This document shows, piece after piece, positions 18,308 through 26,217 of a stretch of DNA of 64,000 nt. Position 1 is the first letter of the stretch. Each line of letters starts with the position of its first letter. The notes under the pieces are model-generated. The model was not told the DNA's origin, did no database searches, and saw only the letters and a list, made by a program, of their open reading frames with translations. Made by a program: the position numbers and the translations under genes. The DNA comes from Candidatus Berkelbacteria bacterium. Its GTDB lineage: Bacteria; Patescibacteriota; UBA1384; 2-12-FULL-50-11. The DNA lies in NCBI GenBank assembly GCA_016432625.1, contig CP066697.1, positions 151,113 through 215,112 of the forward strand. Reading direction: 5' to 3'.

Positions 18308-18724
18308 TGAGCTCTGAGCGAGCGCAGGAGTGGAACCGGAAGGCGCGGAAAATGCTGTTATTTTTCGGCATTTGCAGCGCCGAGGGATTCCTTCAAGTTA
18401 TTTTACGGGAAACATGCCTTTTCCTCAATTAGGAAACGGATCAAGAAACGGTTGAGCTTTTGACAGTAGGTGCTATCATTGTTAGACCTTTGCGCTTCAA
18501 CGACGCAGTGCAAGGGAAATCGGAGGGTATCCAATCGTGTCATTTAATAGAAGCAATCTCGTCGCTCATGCGTCCAACAGGACGACCTTCTCCTTCAAGG
18601 GAGGGAACCGCCGACCGGCACCGAACTGCTCGCCTCTGAGCAATCAGCGTCGGCTGCAGAACATCAACGGCGGCAAACGCCAGCAGGCGAAGAAGTAGAG
18701 GCGAATCCGCTTCACACCAAAGAA

Positions 18725-18752
18725 AGGCCGGACACATCCGAGTGTCCGGCCT
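18725..18752. terminator. Strong hairpin, probable terminator of the 18772-19302 gene (possibly bidirectional)
   Basis: AGGCCGGACAC-atccga-GTGTCCGGCCT. T-rich runs follow on both strands. Confidence 0.6.
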
Positions 18753-18771
18753 CTTCCTTATATTTTAATAT

Positions 18772-19302
18772 TTAGTAATCGGAAGAACTTCTTGATTTCC
18801 CAAGTCCACCTGTCGCAATGAGCGCGATAAGCGGCGCTATCATCCACCATGGGGTGTGGCTAATAAAAATCCGGGCGATTCGTGAGTTCTGGGCGAACTG
18901 ATCCCGCGCCGCCGGATCCATAAACGAGAAAATGGCGGTTAAAATTAAGGCTGAATTTAAAAAACTAAAAATCGCCAGCTCAAAAGCCGAGAGTGCGCCG
19001 CGACCGCTTGAGCCTTTGCCCATACCGGAGCGGATCGAGACCAGTACCGTCGTTAACAAGAATATTCCCGCTGAAATTGTAAAAGGCGAGGCGTTGGCTT
19101 TAATGAATAGCTGGTTGCCGATTGTTTTATCGCCTTGGAAGAACTGCTGCAGCGGCGCGCCCAACACCTGCGCCATCACGATACCGGCGTAAATCGCCAG
19201 TAACGTCACCACAACCTTATCGCGCTGCAACACGAAGCTGTAGCCGATCGAAACGATGAAAAATATTGCTAAAAACAGATCCCAGCTTGGTACGGTTTGC
19301 AC
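18772..19302 (-). CDS. Polytopic membrane protein, function unknown
   Basis: 176-aa ORF with about 5 hydrophobic helices. Confidence 0.6.
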   Translation of the reverse strand: MQTVPSWDLFLAIFFIVSIGYSFVLQRDKVVVTLLAIYAGIVMAQVLGAPLQQFFQGDKTIGNQLFIKANASPFTISAGIFLLTTVLVSIRSGMGKGSSGRGALSAFELAIFSFLNSALILTAIFSFMDPAARDQFAQNSRIARIFISHTPWWMIAPLIALIATGGLGKSRSSSDY

Positions 19303-19351
19303 TCTTCTTTCCCTCCGCTACTACTTTCTCTAGTTTCAGGAGGAGTGTCAA

Positions 19352-19957
19352 TTAGCGTTGCAGATTGCGGAGTTGCTCGTACAGATCACGTTCTTCGCGT
19401 GAGGGGCGCTTGGGGATTTCAATATGGATAACAACCGTCAAATCTCCCCGACCGCGGCGAGTTTGGGCGCCTTTGCCACGAAAACGAAAAGCCGCGCCTT
19501 CGGGTGTGCCGGGTGGAATCTTCAGCTCGATCTCATCGCCAAAATTGGTTTTGAAACGAACCGTGTCGCCAAGCACCGCTTGCGGGATCGAAACTGCCAA
19601 TTGAACCTGGACTTGAGAGAAGGCTGATTCGAACAAATCCTCAAAAATTGAGCCAAAACCTCCGCCGCCCTGACCACTAAAACTGCTGAAGTCGAAACCC
19701 CCAGCTTGACTCCCGAAACCGCTTTGGCTGCCAAAACCGGCTCCGGCCCGTGCCCCAGCGTGGCCGAACTGATCGTACTGGGCTCGTTTGTTTTTATCCC
19801 CCAGTACCTGGTAGGCCTCGTTTATTTCCTGGAACGCCGCCTTATCCCCACCTTTGTCGGGATGTAATTTGTGCGCTTTCGAACGGTAGGCCTTTTTAAT
19901 TTCGCCATCGCTGGCACCGCGGGGAACACCTAAAACTTCGTAAAAATCTCGAGCCAT
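19352..19957 (-). CDS. dnaJ: DnaJ-like co-chaperone, truncated architecture (J domain, G/F region, one C-terminal beta domain, no zinc finger)
   Basis: [35 protein letters not shown] with the HPD tripeptide, followed by a G/F-rich stretch. No CxxCxGxG repeats. 201 aa. Confidence 0.8.
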   Translation of the reverse strand: MARDFYEVLGVPRGASDGEIKKAYRSKAHKLHPDKGGDKAAFQEINEAYQVLGDKNKRAQYDQFGHAGARAGAGFGSQSGFGSQAGGFDFSSFSGQGGGGFGSIFEDLFESAFSQVQVQLAVSIPQAVLGDTVRFKTNFGDEIELKIPPGTPEGAAFRFRGKGAQTRRGRGDLTVVIHIEIPKRPSREERDLYEQLRNLQR

Positions 19958-19979
19958 ATTTTCGATATTTTACCCTAAA

Positions 19980-20008
19980 AATGTCAAGTTTGCTTTACAG
20001 AGTATAAT
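19980..20008. promoter_or_regulatory. Divergent dnaJ-like / ybjQ promoter region containing operator copy O3 (TGTCAAG-TTTG-CTTTACA, 19982-19999)
   Basis: On the minus strand the palindrome reads TGTAAAG-CAAA-CTTGACA, with GACATT at the position where the other two copies have TACAAT/TACATT. On the plus strand a TATAAT at 20003-20008 lies 6 nt before the ybjQ ATG. Confidence 0.5.
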
Positions 20009-20014
20009 GAATTC

Positions 20015-20338
20015 ATGGATAAGGAAAATATTACAACCTCTTTTGAGCTACCGAATAAGAAAATTGTTAAAAATTTCGGCCTAGTCCGCGGCATAACCGT
20101 TCGCTCCCGATCGATTTTTGGGACAATCGGCGGCTCGCTGCAGACCATTCTTGGCGGCAATATCACCCTGTTTACCGAGCTGTGTGAGAAAACGCGCCAG
20201 GAAGCCTATGCCCTGATGGTCAAACACGCGGAAGAGATGGGCGCCAACGGCATTGTTATGGTTCGCTATGACGCCAACGAAGTTATGAGCGGTGTAACCG
20301 AAGTGCTCTGCTACGGCAGTGCAGTGGAGGTTGAATAA
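20015..20338 (+). CDS. ybjQ: YbjQ/UPF0145 family protein
   Basis: 107 aa. GLVRGITVRSRSI...GGNITLFTELCEKTRQEAYALMVKHAEEMGANGIVMVRYD matches the YbjQ pattern. Confidence 0.8.
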   Translation: MDKENITTSFELPNKKIVKNFGLVRGITVRSRSIFGTIGGSLQTILGGNITLFTELCEKTRQEAYALMVKHAEEMGANGIVMVRYDANEVMSGVTEVLCYGSAVEVE

Positions 20339-20565
20339 TGGACGAGGTAAAAAAAGTTAAAGTGAATATGCCTAGAGGCATTACGATCGTAAACCGTTAC
20401 AAAGGACCGGGCGGTGGCGCTTATTTCCTGGGTTTCCTAGGGGCTTTCATTTACTACATGCAAACGGCGGCTACTTTCGGCGATGGTGTTATCGGATTTC
20501 TAAAAGCCCTTGTCTGGCCGGCGTTTTTGGTTTATCACATCTATAAATTCTTGGGGCTCCAGTAG
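20338..20565 (+). CDS. Small membrane protein
   Basis: 75 aa with two hydrophobic helices. The start overlaps the ybjQ stop (TAATG). Confidence 0.5.
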   Translation: MDEVKKVKVNMPRGITIVNRYKGPGGGAYFLGFLGAFIYYMQTAATFGDGVIGFLKALVWPAFLVYHIYKFLGLQ

Positions 20566-20574
20566 AATTTAGGC

Positions 20575-21240
20575 CTAAACCACCGATACCTCACCGTTTT
20601 CCACAACTAAATACGTTGCTACCGGGGGTTCGAATATCCCGGAATTTGCGAAATGGTTTTCCTTGTCAACGACTGCCAAATGGCTGTGAGCGCAAATTAG
20701 CCAGTGTTCTTTAGGCAAATTGGTGTTTTTCCAGGCAATCATCTTTTCGTTGTCCTTTCGGTAGATGTGTAAAAACGGCTTGCCGAAGTTTTGTATACAA
20801 AAGCGCTCAATTTTTACCGCGATCTCATAGAACCAGTAAAAATAGGCGATTCGAGGCAGGCGCATGTCTAAAGTCGGGGCAAGTTTGTCGCCATGGCGGA
20901 CATGGAACGTGACGCCGTTTTGAATAAAATCGTATTCGTTACTTGTCAAAACTGAAAACTCGTTCGTTCGCGAGTCATTTTTATATTCCCGGTCGTGGTT
21001 GCCGTAAAGGTAAACTGCCTCCTTGTTTTTGAATAAGCCAAAAAGCTTTCTCCAGTCGAAGGTTAGAAATTCTTCCAAAGTGTAAGCAAAACCTTCCCAA
21101 AGATCGCCGTTAATTATTAGCTTGTCAGCTGGACTCACGGCGCTATTAATTTGGGCGAATTTTATCTCGTTAAACTTTTTACCTAAATGTAAGTCGGAAA
21201 TTATTACCACCTTTTTCCCGCTGAGGTCTTCCGGTGTCAT
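20575..21240 (-). CDS. Calcineurin-like metallophosphoesterase
   Basis: Motifs ISDLHLG, NGDLWE, GNHD, HGD and AHSH in the canonical order. Confidence 0.7.
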   Translation of the reverse strand: MTPEDLSGKKVVIISDLHLGKKFNEIKFAQINSAVSPADKLIINGDLWEGFAYTLEEFLTFDWRKLFGLFKNKEAVYLYGNHDREYKNDSRTNEFSVLTSNEYDFIQNGVTFHVRHGDKLAPTLDMRLPRIAYFYWFYEIAVKIERFCIQNFGKPFLHIYRKDNEKMIAWKNTNLPKEHWLICAHSHLAVVDKENHFANSGIFEPPVATYLVVENGEVSVV

Positions 21241-21324
21241 TGCTTTGCAATTTTACTACAAAGCGGTCCAGCATAAGAGGAATGGGGAGGGTACAGGAAT
21301 CCGCCCGGCGAGTGCCGAGCGGAT

Positions 21325-21588
21325 CTAGTGCGGCCAAAGCACCCGATAGATAGTGATGCTGGCCATGACGACTGGGAAAACGATGCCAAAGAAAGCGATG
21401 AACTTTTTCAGGCCGTTGCTGTGGAAGTATGCCCTCCAGTAAACAACGAAGACGAAGACGTTGATCGCCAGCTGAATGACAGCGGCGATCTGGTTTGCTC
21501 CCTGGAAAACATGGGAGAAGTTGGCGATCAAGAAGAACGCGAACCCCATGCTTCCGGAGAGAATCATCCAGAACGTACTGTTTTTCAC
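21325..21588 (-). CDS. Small three-helix membrane protein
   Basis: GTG start preceded by GGAGG at 9 nt and by a near-consensus promoter. 87 aa. Confidence 0.55.
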   Translation of the reverse strand: MKNSTFWMILSGSMGFAFFLIANFSHVFQGANQIAAVIQLAINVFVFVVYWRAYFHSNGLKKFIAFFGIVFPVVMASITIYRVLWPH

Positions 21589-21615
21589 TGCTATTCAACC
21601 TCCGAAGTCTGGTGG

Positions 21616-21644
21616 ATTATATTCCTCAAACCTGTAAAAGTCAA
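21616..21644 (-). promoter_or_regulatory. Sigma-70-type promoter for the 87-aa membrane protein
   Basis: Minus strand reads TTGACT - 17 nt - TATAAT. Confidence 0.6.
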
Positions 21645-21787
21645 GGATTGGGGCGGCTTTTTCTCGGGTATGCGAAAAGAAAAATAGAGAGCCTAATTAC
21701 CTTTTACTGCATAGAAAAGGAACTGAAGTATAACTTTTGGTTATTCTACAGCCAGTCTCTTTTTCGGCAAACTCACGAATCTCCGTT

Positions 21788-22159
21788 TCAAACGCTTTTC
21801 TTTTGGCCGTCTCTAACTGAGAGTTGGTCAGAGTACGTGTTACGGAGCTTGATATATTCATCAATCGTGTAGGCCCTCTGCCAATCACACTCCAACACAT
21901 CAACCAAATGGAAAAAATTATTTTCAAGTTTCGCTCTGCGCTCATCAATCTGCTCCCGCGAGCGAAGATCACGGATACCTAAGTATTTTTCATAGATTCC
22001 TTTCGCTCTCAGATGGAAAGAATCCAGTTTGGTTTCGATTAACTCTCTATTTTTCCACCAAGAATTACGGGCGGTATCCAGAATTTCGTTGGCGTGAGTC
22101 CGTACACATTTGCCCTGGCATCTTCTTTCGGCCTGAGCGAAAAATCTTCTGTGACGCTT
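21788..22159 (-). pseudogene. Start-less open frame continuing the 163-aa ORF in the -1 frame (frameshifted gene, programmed slip, or homopolymer error)
   Basis: 123 stop-free codons with no ATG, GTG or TTG in the first 80 or so. They encode ...NEILDTARNSWWKNRELIETKLDSFHLRAKGIYEKYLGIRDLRSREQIDERRAKLENNFFHLVDVLECDWQRAYTIDEYIKLRNTYSDQLSVRDGQKKSV. The frames join at an A5 run (T5 on the plus strand, 22050-22054). Confidence 0.45.
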
Positions 22160-22530
22160 TCAAAAGTTCCTTTTGGGCATAATATTACTACCACCTTTGG
22201 CATAACGGCCGTGCCGAATTGAATCAACCTGTTCTGGTAGTGAGTCTTTGTCCAATAGAATAAAACTTCAAGGCCTTCACTCTTTTCTTGAAAGGCTTCC
22301 CAGAAGTGTTGAAAATCCATTTTATTGGTAATAAACCCAGAAATTTCTCGATCAATACCCTTGCACCTCAGCGAGATAGTGGCGTAGGGAACGTCTTTTA
22401 CCTTAGATATTACTTCGCCATTTTCAACCGTACTACCAAGCGGTCGGAGTTCGTTAGCTATACATAACTTGCTATCGATAACCGACCACTCATTATCTCT
22501 AAGTAGGACAACTTCTTCTGAGTTATTCAT
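22039..22530 (-). CDS. Hypothetical protein (AT-rich islet), probably the 5' part of a longer frameshifted gene
   Basis: 163-aa ORF with ATG start. No recognisable motif. Confidence 0.5.
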   Translation of the reverse strand: MNNSEEVVLLRDNEWSVIDSKLCIANELRPLGSTVENGEVISKVKDVPYATISLRCKGIDREISGFITNKMDFQHFWEAFQEKSEGLEVLFYWTKTHYQNRLIQFGTAVMPKVVVILCPKGTFESVTEDFSLRPKEDARANVYGLTPTKFWIPPVILGGKIES

Positions 22531-22593
22531 AGCTGAATTTTACTACTTCCTGAATTGATTCAAAGAGAACTGCTCCCTATGCATGTGCCGTTC

Positions 22594-23952
22594 TTATTCT
22601 TTGAGACCCATCTCGGACCGTATATCGCTAATAAAAGTCTTCGCTTTCTCTTCAAGTATATTTTGATCGGGCCTGACACTTGCTAGGAACAACTCGAAAT
22701 ATTTTAGTGCCTTAACTAGGTCGCGCAACTTTTTATAGGCAATGTAGCCAAGCCAAAAATGCAGTTGATTCCTATCAGGATAAGTTTCAAGGAGATTCAA
22801 ACAAAACTGTTCAACCTCTTGGATGGTAAGCCATTCTTCGGAATACTCATGCTCAACAATTTTCCTCGAGGACTTATAAGCCTCGTCGTATTCCGATAAC
22901 CAATAATGCAAAAATGCATCGCTGTACCTCCACTCCTGGGCTCCATTAGCTAAGTTCTTCGCAAGCGCGATTTCTTGTTGCGCCGCCTTCGCATCACCTT
23001 CCTTGAATAGTTCCACGGCTCTTACTAGATGAAAACCGTACTGATTAGGGTAATAACTCTGTGCTCTTTTCGAAAACGTTGAGTACGACGCTAGGTCATC
23101 CTTCAGTAAAGACATTCGTGCTTTTAGCAAATAACTACCTGCCAATAATTGTTTGGCCTTGATCTTTACTTCCTCAATATTTGGAGGTAAATCATTTCTT
23201 TGAAAAAGCTTATCGTCAATTAGGCGCTCGTGGAGGGTTATTGCGAGGTTGACGTCACCAGATAAGAATGCAGCAATACCTACTATGTACTTTGCCGATA
23301 AATAAACAAAATCAGCGGTTAAGGCGAACCCTCTAAATCGGAATTCTTCTAACATCTCCACTTCTTTAGGTAGGGATCTTACAAAGTCGGCAGATAATTT
23401 AAACTGACTGTTTTTGTCTATCGGTGAGTGCACTACTAAACCACTTAAATCAATAAAAATCTTTTCCTTTTCTCCATCAGGACGTTTTTTAACGTCTCCG
23501 AAGACGAAATAGTGTCCATGGACTGTCTCATTTATTGTTCGCGCAATTTCATAGTTTTTTACTTTCTCGGCAATATGGTTGGGTACTTTTACTACTGTGA
23601 CTAACTCACTCAATCCATCTGCGACTAAGTTTTTTCTTACCTGGTCAAGAAAGTCCTTTTTAGCATCTATTTCCTCGAGGTTATCCTCGCTGTAAAGCGC
23701 GAAAACTAATCCAAGCTTCCCCTCGGGTATTTTTGGAAGCCACTTCCTTACTACTATCCAAGCAACTATCTCAATTAAGAGTAATACTACGAGGCCCCAT
23801 CTTAGATAACTGACTCCAAAAAGTTCTAAGAGGGGTTTATAGATAGCCGCAAATATAATGCCCGTTAACACTACCGTGACTAATAATCCGCGAAAACTTG
23901 CAAAGTTAATTCTGATGTATGACAAATAGGGTCGCAGTTTATCAATTGGCAT
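22594..23952 (-). CDS. Two-TM membrane protein with a central alpha/beta-like domain and C-terminal TPR-like repeats (AT-rich islet)
   Basis: The ATG at 23952 gives MPIDKLRP... The track ORF instead begins at a TTG at 24000, immediately after the dnaK stop. TM helices occupy residues 30-90. The C-terminal half is helical-repeat-like (YGFHLVRAVELFKEGDAKAAQQEIALAKNL...). Confidence 0.6.
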   Translation of the reverse strand: MPIDKLRPYLSYIRINFASFRGLLVTVVLTGIIFAAIYKPLLELFGVSYLRWGLVVLLLIEIVAWIVVRKWLPKIPEGKLGLVFALYSEDNLEEIDAKKDFLDQVRKNLVADGLSELVTVVKVPNHIAEKVKNYEIARTINETVHGHYFVFGDVKKRPDGEKEKIFIDLSGLVVHSPIDKNSQFKLSADFVRSLPKEVEMLEEFRFRGFALTADFVYLSAKYIVGIAAFLSGDVNLAITLHERLIDDKLFQRNDLPPNIEEVKIKAKQLLAGSYLLKARMSLLKDDLASYSTFSKRAQSYYPNQYGFHLVRAVELFKEGDAKAAQQEIALAKNLANGAQEWRYSDAFLHYWLSEYDEAYKSSRKIVEHEYSEEWLTIQEVEQFCLNLLETYPDRNQLHFWLGYIAYKKLRDLVKALKYFELFLASVRPDQNILEEKAKTFISDIRSEMGLKE

Positions 23953-24000
23953 CAGCCTATAAAGAAAGAGAGCTGATAGCTCTCTTTCTTGTTTCTCCAA

Positions 24001-25998
24001 TTAGTCTTTTTTGTCCCCGTCATCTTTTGGTTCTTCCGGCACATTTGTGTCCGGGGTGCCATCCGCCTTCGCCGAGGCTTCGTCGGATGAATCGTCTTTG
24101 GGGAGTTCTTCTTCCGGCTTCGGCTGTCCCTCCTGCGCTGAAGCTTCCTCCTTCGCAGATGCTTCGGAGGACGAGTCGGCGGGCGAGTCATACATCGCGG
24201 CGCCGACTTTTTGGAGGGCGGCACTCAATTTTTCCGCCTCCTCTTTGATTTTGTCTTTATCGTCGTTGTGGATGACGGCTTTGACGGCGGTAACGGCGTC
24301 TTCGACTTCGCGTTTGTCGTCCGGTTTGATCTTATCGCCCGCGTCTTTGAGGGTTTTTTCGCTCAAGTGAATAAGGTTTTCGGCGGCGTTTCGTTCTTCG
24401 ACCAGCTCTTTTTTCTTGGCGTCGTCGGCGGCGTGAGCCTCGGCCTCGGTTTTCATCTTTTCGATCTCTTCTTTGGATAGCCCACTCGAAGCCGTAATGG
24501 TGATGTGTTGTTCTTTGGAAGTGGCTTTGTCTTTGGCTTTGACGTTCAGAATTCCGTTTGCGTCGATGTCAAACGTCACCTCAACTTGCGGGACGCCGCG
24601 GGGAGCCGGTGGAATACCATCGAGATGGAACTTACCTAGCGTCCGGTTGTCGGAGGCCATTGGCCTTTCGCCTTGTAAGACGTGGATTTCCACAGATGGC
24701 TGGTTGTCGCTGGCCGTGGAAAACGTTTCCGTTTTTGAAGCGGGAATAGTGGTATTGCGCTCAATGAGCGGCGTCATTACTCCACCCAGAGTTTCGAGAC
24801 CCAAGGTTAGCGGGGTGACGTCGAGCAGAAGAATATCCTTAACTTCGCCTGATAAGACGCCGCCGTTAATGGCCGCGCCTAAAGCAACCGCTTCGTCGGG
24901 GTTAACGCCTTTCGATGGCTCTTTGCCAAAAACATCTTTAACAACTTGCTGAATCATCGGCATGCGGGTCATCCCACCGACCAAGATAACTTCGTCAATG
25001 TCAGATTTGGTGAGTTTGGCGTCTTTCAAAGCGGCTTCGCAGATGCCTCGGGTTTTCTTGATGAGGTCGCCAACTAAACTTTCCAATTTTGCGCGCGACA
25101 GATTCATCTGCAGGTTTTTTGGACCGTCAGCGTCAGCGGTAATAAACGGCAAGTTGATCTCGGCTTCCTGGGTTTGAGAGAGCTCGATCTTGGCTTTTTC
25201 AGCTGCTTCTTTGACCCGTTGCATAGCCATAGCGTCGCCAGTTAGATCGACACCCTCTTTGGCTTTGAATTCGTCGACGATCCAGTTCATCACTTGAATG
25301 TCGATGTCGTCTCCACCGAGGTGAGTATCACCGTTCGTCGAGAGCACTTCGAAGCTGGATTCGCCTTTGTCTTCGCCAATTTCGATGATGGTGATATCAA
25401 ATGTTCCACCACCAAAGTCGTAAACGGCGACTTTCTGGTCTTTTTTGTCTTCTTTGTTAATGCCGTAGGCGAGAGCCGCGGCGGTTGGTTCGTTGATAAT
25501 GCGCTTAACTTCGAGGCCAGCAATGGTGCCGGCGTCTTTGGTAGCCTGGCGCTGGGAGTCGTTAAAGTATGCCGGGACGGTAATAACAGCGCCGTCGACT
25601 TTTTCGCCGAGATAAGCCTCGGCATCAGCTTTGATTTTGGCCAGGATCATTGAGGAGATTTCTTGGGGGGTAGACTCGTTTTCGGCCATTTTGACCTTAA
25701 CGCCATCGCCGCTCTTTACAATTTTGTAAGGCATCAGTTTGATGTCGCGCTGAACTTCTTCGTCAGTGAAGCTACGACCCATTAAGCGTTTAACAGAGTA
25801 GATAGTATTTTCCGGATTGGTGACAGCTTGGCGCTTGGCGAGCGTGCCAACAAGGCGTTCGCCTTTTTTATTGACCGCGACGATGGACGGCACTAAGTTG
25901 CCGCCCTCAGCGGTTGGGATCATTTTGGCTTTACCGCTTTCGATGACGGCTGAAGCCGAGTTAGTTGTTCCCAGGTCAATTCCGATTATCTTAGACAT
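24001..25998 (-). CDS. dnaK: Chaperone DnaK (Hsp70) with an acidic low-complexity C-terminal tail
   Basis: [22 protein letters not shown]-type motif ([12 protein letters not shown]), [11 protein letters not shown]. The start is set at the ATG at 25998 rather than the in-frame GTG at 26004. Confidence 0.95.
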   Translation of the reverse strand: MSKIIGIDLGTTNSASAVIESGKAKMIPTAEGGNLVPSIVAVNKKGERLVGTLAKRQAVTNPENTIYSVKRLMGRSFTDEEVQRDIKLMPYKIVKSGDGVKVKMAENESTPQEISSMILAKIKADAEAYLGEKVDGAVITVPAYFNDSQRQATKDAGTIAGLEVKRIINEPTAAALAYGINKEDKKDQKVAVYDFGGGTFDITIIEIGEDKGESSFEVLSTNGDTHLGGDDIDIQVMNWIVDEFKAKEGVDLTGDAMAMQRVKEAAEKAKIELSQTQEAEINLPFITADADGPKNLQMNLSRAKLESLVGDLIKKTRGICEAALKDAKLTKSDIDEVILVGGMTRMPMIQQVVKDVFGKEPSKGVNPDEAVALGAAINGGVLSGEVKDILLLDVTPLTLGLETLGGVMTPLIERNTTIPASKTETFSTASDNQPSVEIHVLQGERPMASDNRTLGKFHLDGIPPAPRGVPQVEVTFDIDANGILNVKAKDKATSKEQHITITASSGLSKEEIEKMKTEAEAHAADDAKKKELVEERNAAENLIHLSEKTLKDAGDKIKPDDKREVEDAVTAVKAVIHNDDKDKIKEEAEKLSAALQKVGAAMYDSPADSSSEASAKEEASAQEGQPKPEEELPKDDSSDEASAKADGTPDTNVPEEPKDDGDKKD

Positions 25999-26056
25999 TT
26001 GCACCCCATTCTATGTCTGAGATATCCAAAACGGTGTTTTTGATAATCTTTCCCAT
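25991..26056 (-). CDS. Possible 21-codon upstream ORF overlapping the dnaK start
   Basis: ATG at 26056 with an AAGGAGGAGAG tract about 10 nt upstream. Encodes [21 protein letters not shown]. Its stop (TAA, 25993-25991) lies 2 codons after the dnaK ATG in another frame. Confidence 0.35.
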   Translation of the reverse strand: MGKIIKNTVLDISDIEWGANV

Positions 26057-26099
26057 TTTGAGTAAGCTCTCCTCCTTAATTAGTCTATGTCTAAAGAAA

Positions 26100-26127
26100 A
26101 TTGTAAAGTTTCCTTTACATTTGTCAA
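26100..26127 (-). promoter_or_regulatory. dnaK promoter with embedded operator copy O1 (TGTAAAG-N4-CTTTACA, 26102-26119)
   Basis: Minus strand reads TTGACA-AA-TGTAAAG-GAAA-CTT-TACAAT. The -35 and -10 boxes are 16 nt apart and the perfect 7-bp-arm palindrome overlaps the -10 box. Confidence 0.65.
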
Positions 26128-26217
26128 TGGCGAAAGATGGCGTAGAGCGTTGAGTTTGAGAGGTGCTTATGAGAAAATGATGGCCGCTCGTAACCACGGG
26201 CAGCAATAGGAGCGGAA

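Noticed and set aside
18000-18310. An intact integrative element at tRNA-Lys (and likewise at tRNA-Glu, tRNA-Leu and tRNA-Arg)
   Set aside because: No integrase, excisionase or transposase-like ORF occurs anywhere in the window, and the segments between the repeats are only 60-120 nt. At most these are remnants or non-autonomous elements.
17930-18432. Four track ORFs (17930-18265 minus, 18008-18274 plus, 18150-18371 minus, 18217-18432 plus) across the trxB / tRNA-Lys spacer
   Set aside because: They run through tRNA-Lys, its partial copies and two terminator hairpins, and their translations are Arg/Pro/Gly-rich nonsense. The region is better explained by RNA genes and repeats.
21241-21270. 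Inverted repeat GCTTTG-N11-CAAAGC upstream of the metallophosphoesterase gene, and the half-site-like CTTTTACA in the 21616-21644 promoter
   Set aside because: The arms are in everted order with a different spacing, or only one arm is present with an extra base. The resemblance to the chaperone operator is probably due to AT-rich promoter sequence.
21179-21598. 139-aa minus-strand ORF and 119-aa plus-strand ORF (21328-21687) overlapping the 87-aa membrane-protein gene
   Set aside because: The 87-aa frame has a consensus promoter, an SD and clean TM helices. The alternatives overlap the neighbouring phosphoesterase gene or lack signals, and their composition is odd.
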